Origin: the human T2T-CHM13v2.0 reference genome, Homo sapiens
Assembly (NCBI RefSeq): GCF_009914755.1
Contig: NC_060926.1
Reading direction: 5' to 3' (one strand)
DNA length: 64,000 bases
Shown: positions 42,785 through 57,249 of the stretch, piece after piece
How the letters are laid out: every line of letters begins with the position of its first letter
Position numbering within the stretch: position 1 is the stretch's first letter
The notes under the pieces: model-generated
The model's input: the letters and a program-made list of their open reading frames with translations, nothing else
What the model was told of the DNA's origin: nothing
Databases searched by the model: none
Program-made: the position numbers and the translations under genes

Positions 42785-45450
42785 CAGTGGACCCTTGAAA
42801 AACATGGGAGTGAGTGAGCAAATATAAAAAACAGTTGAAAATCTGTGTATAACTTTTGAATCCCCCCAAACTTAACTACTGATGCCCTACTGTTGCCCAG
42901 AAGCCTTACTGATAACATAAACAGTTAATTGGCCCATATTTTGTATGTTACATGTATTATATACTATATTCTTAAAATGTAAGCTAGAGAAAAGAAAATA
43001 TTTATAGAAAATCATAAGGAAGAGAAATATATTTATAATTCATTAAGTGGAAGTGGATCATCATAAAGGTTTTCATTCTTATCTCCACATTTGAGTAGGC
43101 TGAGGAGGAGGAAGAAGATGAGGGGTTGGCAGAGATGGAAAGGAGGAGGTGGAAGGGGAGGCAGGAGAGACTGGCATACTTGGTGTAACTTCACAGGAAT
43201 ACATCATAATTTCTGTCTGCCTCTTTTGCCTTTTCATTTCTCTAAAAATGTTTCTAAACTATACCAATTCTTCCACCGTTTGCTTTATTTTCAGTGCCCA
43301 TAGGATTAAAAGGTCCATGTTCTGAAAGAAGTCAAAAGCAACCTTGAATAATCAGAATCCTCTGCCAGATTGCCTAATGTCAGTTTTTATTCTGGCACTG
43401 CTGCTCTACTTCTTCTTCCTCATCATCTGGCATTGCTTTGGAAGCCTTCGTCTCCATCAAGTAACCTTCTGATAATTCTTCTGATGTGATGTCTATTAGC
43501 TCTTGAATTACCCCAAGATCCCTATCTTGAAACCCTTCACCTTGTACTTTTTTTTTTTTTTTTTTTGCCATATCTGCAATCTCTTTCATGATTTTCTTGA
43601 TTGGTCTGTTGTAAATCCTGTGAAGTCATGCACAACATCTCAAAAGTTTTCTCCTACAGGTATTTATTGTTTCAGGCTTAATGGCTTTCATGGCTTTTTC
43701 TAGAACAAGGATGGCATCTTCAGTGATGTAACCCTTCCAGACTTTCATGATGCTCTCTCTGTTGGGGTTCTTTTCTGTAGCATTGGCAGTCCTTTCCATA
43801 GAGTACTATATACAATGAGCCTTAAAGGTCTTTATGATCCTCTTATTAAGAGGCTAAATTAGAGATATTGTGTTTGGGGGCAAGTAGACCACTTTGACTT
43901 CTTTGATGTTCAACTTATGAGGTTCCAGATGGCCAGGGATATTGTTCAATATCAAAAGAACTTTAAAAGGTAGTCCTTTACTAGCAAGGTACTTCCTGAC
44001 TTCAGGGACAATGAAACCAATTGTCCAATGAAACCAATCTAGAAAAAGTGTTCTTGTCCAGGTCCTTTTGTACAACCGAAAGACTGGCGGCTGGGGTTTA
44101 TCTTTTCCCTTCAAGGCTCTGGGGTTAGCAGCTTTATAGATAAGAGCAGTGTTGATTATAAACCTGATTGCATTTGCACAAAACAGTGGAGTTAGAATAT
44201 CCCTTCCTGCCTTAAATTCTGGTGCTTGGTTCTCTTCCTTACTAATAAATGTCCTCTGTGACATCTTCCTTTTTTTTTTTTTCCCAGAATAGAGCACTTT
44301 TGCCTGCATCAAAAACCTATTTGGGCAGATGTCTGTTCTTCTCAATGATTTTCTTAATGGTGTCTGAGAGTTTGTCCGCTGCTTCTTGGTAGACAGAAGC
44401 TGCTTCTCCTGTTATCTTGACATTTTTTTAAGACAAATTTTTTTCTGAAATTATCAAACCATCCTTTGCTGGCATTATATTTTTCAGCTTTAGATCCTTC
44501 ACCTTCCTTTTGCTTTATCATATAACTTCCCTTCTTGAATCATATTAGAGTCTATAGCTAGGGCTTTCTTATAGCAACCCTGAGCCCCTGTAAAAGCTGC
44601 CTTTCAATACAAAATTAAAAGGTATTTCACAAAAAGTGCAAGGTTTTCATGCCTGCTGGCATAGCTGCAACAACAACTTCACAAATTATCTTTATCTTTC
44701 CTTTTTTTTTTTTTTCACAATAGTGCTTACGTTTGATTCATTTATCTTGAGATGTCAGGCAACCACAGATGCATACCTCAATCTGTGGCACGTATCAAGA
44801 AATTCACCTTTTTCTTCTAATACCATGACTTTTGGGAACACTTCCAGCATCACTAGTGAATGGCACTACAGTATTATACTAAACACAATGAAAAATACTC
44901 AAGAACCACCAGAGATCACTTTTTGCTGTGTGTAATACACAATTTGCTGGAGAGAGGAACTGCTCATATGGAGGTGGTTAGCATCACATGGCCTTTTAAG
45001 CAGATACTCACAACACTTGAGCTTACCACAATAGCAACAGGAGGTGGCTACAAAATTATTATACTAATACAGTATGCAGTACAGTTAATTTATGCAGTTA
45101 TGACTACATACTGCATCATTACATTCATTTACATTTTTCATGACTGCAAATGGCACCAGGTATGGTTGGTGTTTGCATAAGTTTTGATAAATTTTAACTT
45201 TTTATGTTAGATTTATGTATGTTTTATAGTAGTAAATGATAAAATAGACTACTATCTACATATGTTTTATTATTCATGACATACCTAACTTGTGCTTAAC
45301 TTTTTCAATATTTCTAGGCTATGTGGTTTGTCTGCAAGTTTTTTCAAGTTGTCATAAATCTGCAAACATTTTTCCAATATATTTATTGAAAAAAATCCAT
45401 GTATTAGTGGACCTATGTAGTTGAAACTCATGTTGTTCAAGGGCCAATTG
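42785..45450 (-). mobile_element. Near full-length Tigger2-like (TcMar-Tigger/pogo) DNA transposon, 2666 bp
   Basis: TIRs cagtggacccttgaaaaacatg / catgttgttcaagggccaattg (18/22 match); TA on both flanks. Confidence 0.92.
43100..44880 (-). pseudogene. Decayed pogo-family transposase of the Tigger
   Basis: ORF 43854-44345: RTFISKEE..APEFKAGRD..LFCANA..LIYKAANPRALKGK..FKVLLILNN.PGH..VYLPPNT.SLI; frameshifts and stops elsewhere. Confidence 0.88.
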
Positions 45451-45692
45451 TATATGTAACCATCTGTGTCTATATGAAGCTATTTGAGCTCACACCGATG
45501 TCTAATTCTAATCTGTTACCATATGAATCATTCTAGCCTCTTCTCATTGCTTATCTGTGAACTCCCACTCTGGCATTAAGAAACCTAGCTCCCACCACCT
45601 GCCACCCATTTACTTAAGTGTTCATTCCCAGTATATATGCATAGAATTGTTAACCCACACTGCTGTGGGAAAAACTTTATCAACTAGAGTAC

Positions 45693-46119
45693 TGCAATAG
45701 TTTGCTTGGGCTGCCATAACAAAATACCACAAACTGGGTGGCTTAAACAATAGAAATGTATTTTCTCATAGTTCTGGAGGCTGGATGTTCAAGATCAAGG
45801 TACCAACAAATTCCAAGGGCCATAACAGAAGTATCTGTTCCAAGTTTCTCTCTTTGGCTTGCAGAAGGCTGCTTTCCTGCTACCTCTTTGCATGGTCACC
45901 CCTCTGTGCACATGCACACCTGGTGTCTTTTCTGTGTGTCTGAATGTCCACTTCTTATCAGGACACCAGTCAGATTGGAGTAGGACCATCCTGCTGGCCT
46001 TATTTGAATTAAATGACCTCTTTAAAGGCCCTGTCTCCAAATACAGTGATTTTCTGAGTTATGGAGGGTTAGGGCTTCAACATACAAATTTTTGCAGAAC
46101 ACAAATCAGTCCTATACCA
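45693..46119 (-). mobile_element. MLT1A-type solo LTR
   Basis: TG...CA ends; 5-bp TSD agtac/agtat; gggctgccataacaaaataccacaaactgggtggcttaaacaa. Confidence 0.92.
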
Positions 46120-46611
46120 AGTATTGTGCTTAGGCTTAGGTCAGCACCTTTCTTCCCCACCCTTCAATGAAGTTGTTTCATACATTTATAATACAGATAA
46201 GTTATTTTGTCACATTTTGCACTCCATCTGGGATTTCTCAGCTTCCTAAATAATTTTTCAAATTTGAGTGTATTAAGTTTCACTCTTTGTGCTATAAAGT
46301 TTTATGGGTTTTAACAAATGCATAGCATCATATATCACCATTACATTGTCATACAACATAGTTACATTGGCTGAAAAACCCCCTGTGCTTTACCTATCCA
46401 ACTCTCTCCTCCTCCCTAAACCCCTGATAACCACTTACCTTTTTTTACCAACACTGTGATTTTTGCCTTTTCAGAATGCCATTTAATTGGAATCAGACAG
46501 TGTGTAACCTTTTCAGACTGGCTTCTTTCACCTGGCAATATGCACTTAAGATTCATCTATGTCTTTTTGTTGCTTGACAGCTCATTTCTTCTTATTTTTA
46601 AATAATATTCC

Positions 46612-46672
46612 GGCCGGGCACGGTGGCTCATGCCTGTAATCCCAGCACTTTGGGAGGCCGAGGCGGGCAGAT
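46612..46672 (+). mobile_element. Alu 5' remnant (about 60 bp)
   Basis: ggccgggcacggtggctcatgcctgtaatcccagcactttgggaggccgaggcgggcagat flanked by atattcc. Confidence 0.9.
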
Positions 46673-47174
46673 ATTCCACTTTATGGCTGTACCACACTTT
46701 GTTTATCCATTCACTATTGAAGGACATCTTACTTCCAGTTTTGGTGATTATGAGTAAAGCTACTATAAACACTCACATGCAGATTCTGGGGTAAACATGT
46801 TTTCCAATCAGTTGGATAAATACCTAGGGGAGCAATTGCTGGATTATATGGAAGACTATGCTTAGCTTGGTAAGAAACTGCTAAACTGTCTTGCAAAGTG
46901 GCTGAAATCATTTTGCATTTCTATCAACAGTGAGTGAAAGTTCCTGTTGTTCCACATCCTCTCTAGTAATTAGTATTGTTAGTTCTTGGATTGTAGTCAT
47001 TCTAATAGGTGGGTAGTGGTGTCTAATTGTTGTAATTTGCAATTCACTAATGATAAATGATGTTACACATCTTTTCCTATCTTATTTGCCATCTGTATAT
47101 CTGTATATCTGTAAAGGTATCCTTACAGATCTTTTGCCCATTTTTTAATTGAGTTGTTTTCTTATTGTTGAGGG

Positions 47175-47462
47175 TTTTGTTTTTGTTTTTGTTTTCTTCT
47201 AAGACAGGGTCTCACTCTCACAAGACTGCAATACAGTGGTGTGACCCTAGCTCGCTTAACCTTGAACTCCTGGGCTCAAGCTGTCCTCCTGCCTCAGTCA
47301 CCCAAGTAGCTGGGGCTACAGGTGTGTGCCATTGCGCCTGGCTAATTTTTTAGGGTTTTTTTGAGACAGGGTGTCGCTCTGTTGCCCAGGCTGGTCTCTA
47401 ACTCTTGGCCTCAAGCAACCGAAAGCTCTTGGATTATAGGTGTGAGCCTCCATGCCTGGCCT
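47175..47462 (-). mobile_element. Diverged AluJ-like
   Basis: (TTTTTG)n tail, agacagggtctcactc...catgcctggcc. Confidence 0.85.
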
Positions 47463-47584
47463 TATTTTTGAGTTTTATGAGTTCTGTGTATATTCTGAAT
47501 ACAAATCCTTTATCAGATAAGTGTTTTTCAAATATTTTCTCCCAGTCTGTGGCTTGACTTTTTATTAAGTTAATAGTGTCTTTT

Positions 47585-47913
47585 AATGAAATCATATCTT
47601 TTGCAGTAACACAGATAGAATTGGAGGCCATTGTCTTAAGTGAAACAGCTCAGACACAGAACAACAAATATAGCATGTCTTCACTTGTAAGAGGGAGATA
47701 AATAAACTATGCATGCACATGTGAGCAGAGTGTGGAATGATGGACAGTGGAGACTCAGAGAGGTCAAGGGGAATGGGTGATAGGAGGCTGCTCGATGGGT
47801 ACAATGTTCATTGCTCCAGTGATGGATGCACTGAAGACCCTGACATCACCACAATGCAGTATATCAATGTAGCAAAATTGCATTTCTACCCCATGCATAT
47901 CTACAAATAAAAA
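47585..47913 (+). mobile_element. L1PB/L1MA-type 3' fragment nested in the older L1
   Basis: ggaggccattgtcttaagtgaaa...gggtacaatgttcattgctc...caaataaaaa; agtgtSttt repeated at flanks. Confidence 0.85.
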
Positions 47914-50554
47914 AGTGTGTTTTGTGGAGCATAAGTTCTGAATTTTAATAAAGTCCAACTGATCAATTGTTTTACTTCATAGATTGTGTTTTTGGGTGTG
48001 TTGTATCAAAAACCTCATCACCAAACCCAAGGTCACCAAGATTGTCTCCTGTGTTTTATTCTAGAAGTTTTGTAGTTTAGTGTTTGATATTTAGATCTAT
48101 GATCTATTTTGAGTTAATTTTTGTGGAAGGTGTAAAGTCTATGTCTAGGTTCTTTTTTTTTTCAATATTGATGTCCAGTTGTTCAAGCACCATTTGTTGT
48201 CAAGACTGTTCTTTTTTATTGCATTGCCTTTGCTCCATTGTCAAAACTCAGTTGGCTGTATTTGAGTCTATTTTGAGGCTTTCTATTCTGTTTCATTGAT
48301 CTTTGTGTCTATTATTTCCCCAATACCATGCTGTCTTGATTACTATAGCTTTATAGTAAGTCTCAAAATTGGTTAATGTGAGTCCCCCAACTTTCTTCTT
48401 CTTCAGTAATGTTTTGGGTCCCTTATGTCTTTTGCTTTTCCATACACATTTTAGAATAAGTTGCTGATATCTGCAAATTAGCTTCCTGGGATTTGGATGG
48501 GTATTGTATTGAATCTATAGATTTTAAGTTGGGGACAATTGACATCTTAACAATATTGAAGCTTCTAATCCATGAACATGAAATAACTCTTTATTTATTT
48601 AGATCTTCCTTGATTTCTTGTGTCAGTGGTCTATAGTTTTCTTAGTTTTCTACATACAGATCCTATACATATTTTGTTAGATTTATACCTAAGCATGTAA
48701 TTTTTTTGTGTGCTACTGAAAACGATATATTTTTAAAAATTTCAAGTCTCAATTGTTTATTGCAAATACATAGGACATCAGATGACTTTTGCATATTAAC
48801 CTTGTATTCTGCAACCATTCTATTATGTTTATTAATTACAGGAGTTTTTTGTCGATGATTTTGGATTTTCTACATAGACAATTATGTCATATGTGAATAA
48901 AGACAATTTTGTTAATTCCTTCCTAATCTGCACACCTTTTATTTTCTTTTCTTGTTTTATCACACTCACTAGAACTCCAGTACAATGTTGAATAGGAATG
49001 GGGGGAGAGGACCTTCTTGTCTGTTACAGATCTTAGTGGGAAAGCATCCAGCTACTCACCATTAAGTATGATATTAACAGTAATTTTTTTGTAGATGCTC
49101 CCTACCAAGTTCAGAAAATTCCCCTCTATTCCTAATCTGCTGAGAATTTTTATAATGAATGGGTATTGGATTTTGTAAGATGCTTCATCTGCATTAATTG
49201 ATATGATCAAATGATTTTTCTTCTCTAGGCTATTGATACGGCAGACTACATTGATTTTCAAATGTTGAACCAGCCTTGCATACCTTGAATAAATCCCACT
49301 TGGTTGTGGTATATAATTCTTTTTACACATTGTTAGGCTTGCTAATTTTTTGAGAAATCTTTGCATCTATGATCATGAGAGATATTGGTCAGTTGTTATA
49401 TTTTCTTGTAATATCTTTGTCTGGTTTTAGTGTTAGGGTAATGCTGACCTCATAGAATGAGTTAGGAAGTATTCATTTTGCTTCTATATTCTGGAACAGA
49501 TTGTGGATAATTGGTGTCATTTCTCCCTTAAGTGTTTGGTACAATTCACCAGTGAAACTCTCTGGGTCTTATACTTTCTTTTTTGGGGGAGATTATTAAT
49601 TACTGATTGGATTTCTTTAATAAGTAGAGGCCTATTCAGATTATCTATTTCTCCTTGTGTGAATCTTGATAGTTTGTATCTTTCACAGAATTGGCCCATT
49701 TCATTTAGTTATCAAATTTGTGGGCATAAAGTTCTTTACAGCATTCATTTATTACTGTTTTCACGTTCCCGTGATCAACAGTGATGACACTGCTTACATT
49801 TCTTATATTGGTTATTAGCGTCTTCTCTCTTTTTCTGGGCTAGCCTGGCTATAGTCTTGTCAATATTCTTAGTCTTTTTTTTTTTAAAGCGGCTTTTGGT
49901 TTTATTAATTTTTCTCTATTGTTTTTCTGTTTTACATTTCATTAATTTATGCTCTGATTTCTATTATTTGTTTGTTTCTGCCTTAGGTTTAAATTGCTCT
50001 TCTTTTCTAGTTTCTTGGGGCAGAAGCTTAGTTTATTGATTTTTAAGTTTTTCTTGTTTTTTAATGTACACATTCAATGCTATAAAATTCTGTTTAAACA
50101 CTGCTTTCACCGTATTCCACTAATTTTGATAGGTTGTATTTTCATTTTCACTAAGTTTAAAGTATTTTTAAATATTTCTTGAGAGTTCTTCTTTGACCCA
50201 TGTGCTCTTTAAAAGTGTATTGTTTTATCTCCAAATAATTAGATATTTTCCACCTATTTTTCTCCTGTTGATTTCTGGTTTAATTCCATTATGATCTGAA
50301 AGTTTTTTGTCAATTTTAATTCTTTTACATTTGAGGCAGTTTTTCTGGTCTGGATGTGATCTATCTTGATGACCATTACATGCAAGCTTGAGAAGAATGT
50401 GAATTCTTATGTTATTGGATGGCTATTTTATAAATGTCAATTAGGTTAAGTTGATTGCTAATGCTGTTCAGGTCAACTATATCCTTATTGATTTTCTGCC
50501 TGCTTGATCCACCACTGAAATAGGGGGTTTGTCTGTTTCTCCTTTCAGTTTAAT

Positions 50555-51290
50555 CAGTTTTTTGGTAACAGCTTCATTGAGATATAATTCACATACTATA
50601 TAATTCATGCATTTAGAGTATACAAATCAATGGTTTTTAGTCTATTCAAGCAGTTGTGCAGTCATCACCACAATCAACTTTAGAAAACTTTCGTCACACC
50701 AAAAAGGAACTCCGTTCCTTTTAACAATCATCCCCTAGTCCTTCCATCCCCTTACCCTGAGCCTTAGGCATTCACTTACCTAGTTTCCTTTTAGATTTGC
50801 CTGTTCTGGACATTTTGCATAAATGGGATCACACAATACATGGTTATTTGTTACTGGCTTCTTTTATTTAACATTATGCTTTCAAGATCCACTTTGTAGC
50901 ATGTATTAGAACTTCTTTTATCACTGAATGATATTTCATTGTTTGGATATACCACATTTTGTTTATTCACTCTCAGTTGATGGACACTTAGGTTGTTTCC
51001 ACCTGCTGCTGTAAATATTAGTGTGCAAGTTTTTGAGAAGACTGATGTCTTCGTTTCTCTTGGGTATATACCTAGGAGTGGACTTGCTGGGTCAAGTAGT
51101 GACTCCATGTTTAACTGAGGAACTCCCTGCGTGTTTTCCAAAAATGGCTGTACCATTTTATATTCCCACCAGCAATGTATGAAGGCTCTAGTTTCTCCAA
51201 ATCCTCACCAACACTTGTCGTTATCTGTTTTTCTTATTATATACCCACCTGGATCATCACATCCCACAGTGGTTTTGAGTTCTATCATTT
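50555..51290 (-). mobile_element. L1MB-type 3' end nested in the older L1
   Basis: cagcttcattgagatataattcacatac...tgggtatatacctaggagtgga. Confidence 0.85.
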
Positions 51291-51487
51291 CTTGCCTCTG
51301 TCAGTTTTGACACCCTGTTGTTAGTTGTATACCTGTTTAGGATATTTAGATCATCTTGAGGAACCGACATCTTTATCATTATGTAATGCCCTCTTTTTGC
51401 CTGATAATTTTCTTTGTTTTGAAGTCGTCTTTGTCTGAAGCTAATATAGGCACTCCAGCTTTCTTTTCATTAACATTAGCATAGTAA

Positions 51488-52222
<735 letters not shown>

Positions 52223-52340
52223 CATAGTACCCTCCTCATAGAGAGATTGTGAGGCTTAAATAGGACAATGCATCAAAGTACTTAGCCCAGTATTTGGTTT
52301 GGCAGTGAGCACTAGATATTAACCATTAATATAATTACTG
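52223..52340 (+). mobile_element. MIR distal part; proximal part at about 41535-41590
   Basis: tttcctcacctgtagaatgaggataat | atagtaccctcctcatagagagattgtgagg...aaagtacttagc. Confidence 0.7.
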
Positions 52341-52489
52341 TATTAGTGCTGCCCAAATACTTTATGGACCTCACAGCTGATTTAGACACCCCAATTCTAT
52401 CACTGCACCAAGGCTAAGAATAATTACCCTAAATACATAGTTCTGACTGCTTTTTTGTGGTCAGTTACTGCAAGTATGTTCTCTTTGCA

Positions 52490-52700
52490 TGTGTATTCTG
52501 TGGTCTGTAGTTAAATGCAGAACTCTAAAGTCAGACATCCATGTGTTTGAATCCCAGACTGTACTTACAGATATCTGAACTTAAAGAGGTTTTTAAATCT
52601 CTTTCAATCTCATTTTAGTCACCTGAAAATATTTATACTAATACCTTCCTCACAGAATGTGGTCAGGACCTAGCAGGGGCCCAAATCATAGATATTATTA
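52490..52700 (+). mobile_element. MIR
   Basis: gactctaaagtcagac-like start, tttgaatcccagact, aataccttcctcacag. Confidence 0.65.
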
Positions 52701-53601
52701 TTGTCATCAGTTGTCCTCATATCTCTTCCTCTTAACAAGGTGCTCCCTGTGGCTCAGTCTCCCTTTTTGAGCTGGAAACTCTGGGGAGAAGTACTTTGGA
52801 CCTGACGAAGGCAGAGGCTGCATATAAGAATTAAGCGTTAGCAGGGAGAATGTCTTGACCTATGGGGAAAGATCTCTGCAGGTAGAGTTTGCAGTCCCTG
52901 GCTTGCAGTGGGAAGGGGGATGTGCTACATGCTCACCTGCCTCATGTAAGGGCTGCCACTTAGCCCTGGGTAGGGGTAGCTTTTAGGCAAAAAGAGATTC
53001 CTGAGGGATGAATGTAACAGGGGTGGCATGACATGTGACCCCTTCTCATACCCATCATATCATAAAGCAGTGACTCCTGAACGAGGACCAGCCACTTATT
53101 CGTCTCAGTCCTGGCTGTGGTGGGGACCTCAGACAGATGATTGGGCTTTGTCTCTACAGTTTTCTCTTCAAGACTATTCAAGATACTGCTAGTTATTCAT
53201 CTTCCTTTGTTTCATTATTTTCCTCTTATATTTTTGTTATCTGACTCTGCAGTTTGGGTTTAACGGGAAGGAAACACTGCCTCTCTCTTCACTCCCCAGA
53301 CACATTTTTAATGTCTGAACATCTACCAGGCTGGGCCTTTGGACCCGAATGAGCAGGGAGAAGCATATCCACAGAAGAACCCTGCGGTTCTTGGCTCTGC
53401 TTCACAGCAGTGGTGGGTATGTCGAGTGGCACAGAACTCGAGGGTTCTGTATAAACTTCGGGGGTATAAACCTGTGCAGACCTCAGCCTGCCATGAGAGG
53501 ACATTTCTGTGCCTGTCTTAGTGTCCAGCGATCAGGGGGGCTTTGTGGATGATTTTTCTGAGTTAAGATTACAGTCTTCCCAGAGATTGGGCATTGCCTG
53601 A

Positions 53602-53940
<339 letters not shown>

Positions 53941-56779
53941 TTTTAAGAGAATCTAAAACCCTTTCCCTCAAGAAAGCCCGTTCACTGTGCCTTATGATTT
54001 AGTGAGAATTCTAATATACTGATGTGAGTTTAAAATAGGTGTGTGTGTGGTTGAATAGAGCAATTGTCTGGATTACTTAAGCCAAGAAAAAGGCAAGATT
54101 TAGAGAAAAATATTTGAGACCTTTATAATATATGTTTAGGGATCTTTCTTATGATTATGTATTCTAGGAGGTCCCAGGAACTCTTGTGCCATTGACCTGG
54201 GCTGGTGAGGACATACCAGGACAGTCCCATGAAGGTGTCCAACCTCTCCTGAGTGGCCCTCCACATGAATCAGGCTGCTATAGAATTGTTCCATCTGATG
54301 TTCCTGCTTGATCACAGTGTAGCGCAACCGTCAGTTCTAGGCACTGGCAGCTTCTCTTTGGATTAAGGTGGCAGGGAAGTAGTATTTCACAAGTATCAAC
54401 TGTGCAAAGAACAGAGGTGCTAAGCTCAGCCTGTCACCTTGGCCTCTTGCCATCTGGTCTTCTGCATTTCCATAGGACAGACATTCTCAGACATTGCTGT
54501 CCATCCTGCCAGGTCCCTGTGAAGCAGGGGGAGTGATTTTGCTATTGGCAGGAGTCTAAAAACCTAACATTTTTTTGTACAAAGAGATGCACATCTCATA
54601 AAACCCAAATTCACAGTGAAAAATTTTCATTTAGTCTATCTTGCTCAGAGATTTGAGCCACCAAACACATGGCTGGAAAAATAAGCTGAGAGGGGTGTAA
54701 GGAACCCAGAAGCCCCATTTCTCTTCAAGCTCCTCAGCATTCTCCAGTGGGGAAGCCTTTATCATCTAATCTCATGCTGTGTATATACAACATGGTATCT
54801 GGCCATTGCTGCATGCAGCAGGCCAGATTTTGAAAAGATCTCTATGGGCATCAGTGCTTGCATCAAAGCTCCCAAGTTCTTTTTGTGTATTTGTCTAAAT
54901 TATAAATCAGTGTTTTAGATGGAAGCAAGATTCAGAGGTATAATTAAGCCAGCTTGGAACCAGACACAGGCTGCTTTCCCCGTTTGTAATTAGCACCCCA
55001 TCACAGAGGGTACCAGGTACCCCGGGGAACTCGGCTGAGAGAGAGTGACCCCACCCTTTGCCTTCTGTTTTATCTTTGTATATGACTCTTCATCTTTGAT
55101 TTTCTTTTTGATATAAGACATACAAATTTCCTTACTTTTAGATGCCTGTGTCAACCAAGGGCCTAAAGTTACAGAGGAAAGGACTTGCTTTATAATGTTA
55201 CAGGGCAGGAGGATTGGGGTGAGGTTTCTCCATAAGGTGAATGATCATTTTCCCAGTGGCTTATGGGATTTTGGAGTGTGGGTACAGATGTAATGCTTGC
55301 TTAGTCTCGAAATGTTTCGTTTTTATTAGTCTTGTCTCCCCAACCAAATTGCTAGCTAGCCCTTGGAGATCAGAGACCATGACCTCACCTTCTCTTGGAT
55401 CCTCCAAGGTACCCAGCTTAGGGCTGTGTCCAAGGGAAGCCAACTTCAGAGAGATGACCACACTCCTCTATGTTGGAGAATGTCACGTGAGAGTTGCTTT
55501 CTAGAACTTCCCAGGAAACAGTGTGCACAGATGGGCATGAGCTGCCTTGACACTGCAATATACAGGATTCTAAAGTAAACATCCCTGTGACCAGTAATAA
55601 GCAATTTGGTAACTGTGACCTGGTTGCTTTCATCCTAGTTTCAAATAATTAGATGATTAAGAAAAATGTGAAAGGAGATTGGAGAAACTGCTGAGGTCAC
55701 TGTTGACACTTTGAATCAATGAGGAAATCAGAAGGCTGGGTTACCGTGAGTATGTGCTCCCCACCTCTACTGTCCGCCCTTAACTGAAATCAAGTGGGTC
55801 CTTTGATTGATGGGATTTGGTCTGTGTAGCCTTCATTTGCTTGTTAGCCAAGTTCATGGTTTATACATCTGTCCCCACCCTCCTCTGTGGCTGGCCAGAG
55901 ACGCTAATTCAGTCATCACACATGGTGCTGTTCCTGAGAAGGATGCCTGTTCGGAGAAAAAAAAGCCCCTTGAAGGTCTGGCTAGAGAAATAGGAGGAGT
56001 AAAAGCATCCTATACTGAAATGAGGGAAAGGAGAAAGAGTAGCACTGAGAGTGTACTGCAGCGGTTAGGTCTGGGAGGGGAAAAAAAACCGGAGAGCAGG
56101 CATTTCACTTGGAGAATCTAAAGAATTGCAGGGTGGTTTCTCTTGCTATTGTTTGAAGGGAAGCCAGCAGTCAAGAAAATTATTGGTCAAATTTCACAGA
56201 AGAAGGAACATGACACAGAGGATTTTAGTTTTAATAGCTCAGAATCAAATCTGATGTTTCAAGGAAAGTGAAGAGAACAATTGACTATCAAAAGTACTGG
56301 AGAATCTGCCACTGAGCTCTTCCCAAAAGCAAGTGAGGGCACCAGAGGGGTGGGAGTTTCTGTCCTTTGCCATAAGGAAATAGACTGACTTTTTTAAACC
56401 AACATACCAGAGTTTACACATTCAAATGAGTATTGTCCTCTCCTTTAACTGTCCTTTTGGGAGACTTCATTCTCAGGGCAAAAATACTGCTTTTACATTG
56501 AATACATCTACATGCCTCTCTAGGTTTTTATTTGACTACATAGTCTCTTTTGTGGCTAATAATCCTGCTTTGGGAGTAGATCTGATTTCTGAAAATCATT
56601 TTGTATCCAAAATAATGTAAGCCTGTAAAGGAAAAACCTGATTTTTCTGAGTTGGCTTTGAAATGATGGATTCTGAAATTAATTCTACATGAGGTCCAGA
56701 AATCACATGGGCAGAGATTTCCGGGCTCCCCATGGTACCTTCTGGGGAGCCAGAAGTTCAGCCAAGCTGGGTGATTACT

Positions 56780-57050
56780 CACCTGTGAGTCAGACACTCC
56801 TGGGATGGGATCCTCCCTTCACATGTGGGTCCTAAGCCAGTTCTTTTTACCTTCTGATCCTCAATTTTCTCACTTAAAAGCTGGGATAGTAATAGTATCT
56901 ACCTCACGGGATTACTGTGAATATTAAATGAGGTGATACTTGGGAAAACACATAGGAAGGGCTTAGTAATTGCTTATTATTATTACTGATCCCTTACATT
57001 GCCATAATGTGGAGCCAGGTACATAGTAGGTAATCACTGAATCTTTGTCA
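56780..57050 (+). mobile_element. MIR
   Basis: cctcaattttctca...gggatagtaatagtatctacctcacggg...attaaatgag. Confidence 0.75.
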
Positions 57051-57249
57051 ACTAGTTGCAGGGTTGTTGCTAAGGATGTCAGGTTTTGACTTGAAAGTAC
57101 ACCTGTATTTAAAGAGTGGGGTCATCTGAGGTAACTCCAAGACTAGAAAAACATTTCTAATCCTCAATCCTGTAAAACACTTCAAAATGGCATTTGTTCA
57201 CCTCTAAGATCTACCCTAGCTCTAATAGTCCATGAAATCATGATGCTGA

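Noticed and set aside
55008-55022. Palindrome gggtacc-a-ggtaccc
   Set aside because: 7-bp arms are expected by chance in 64 kb
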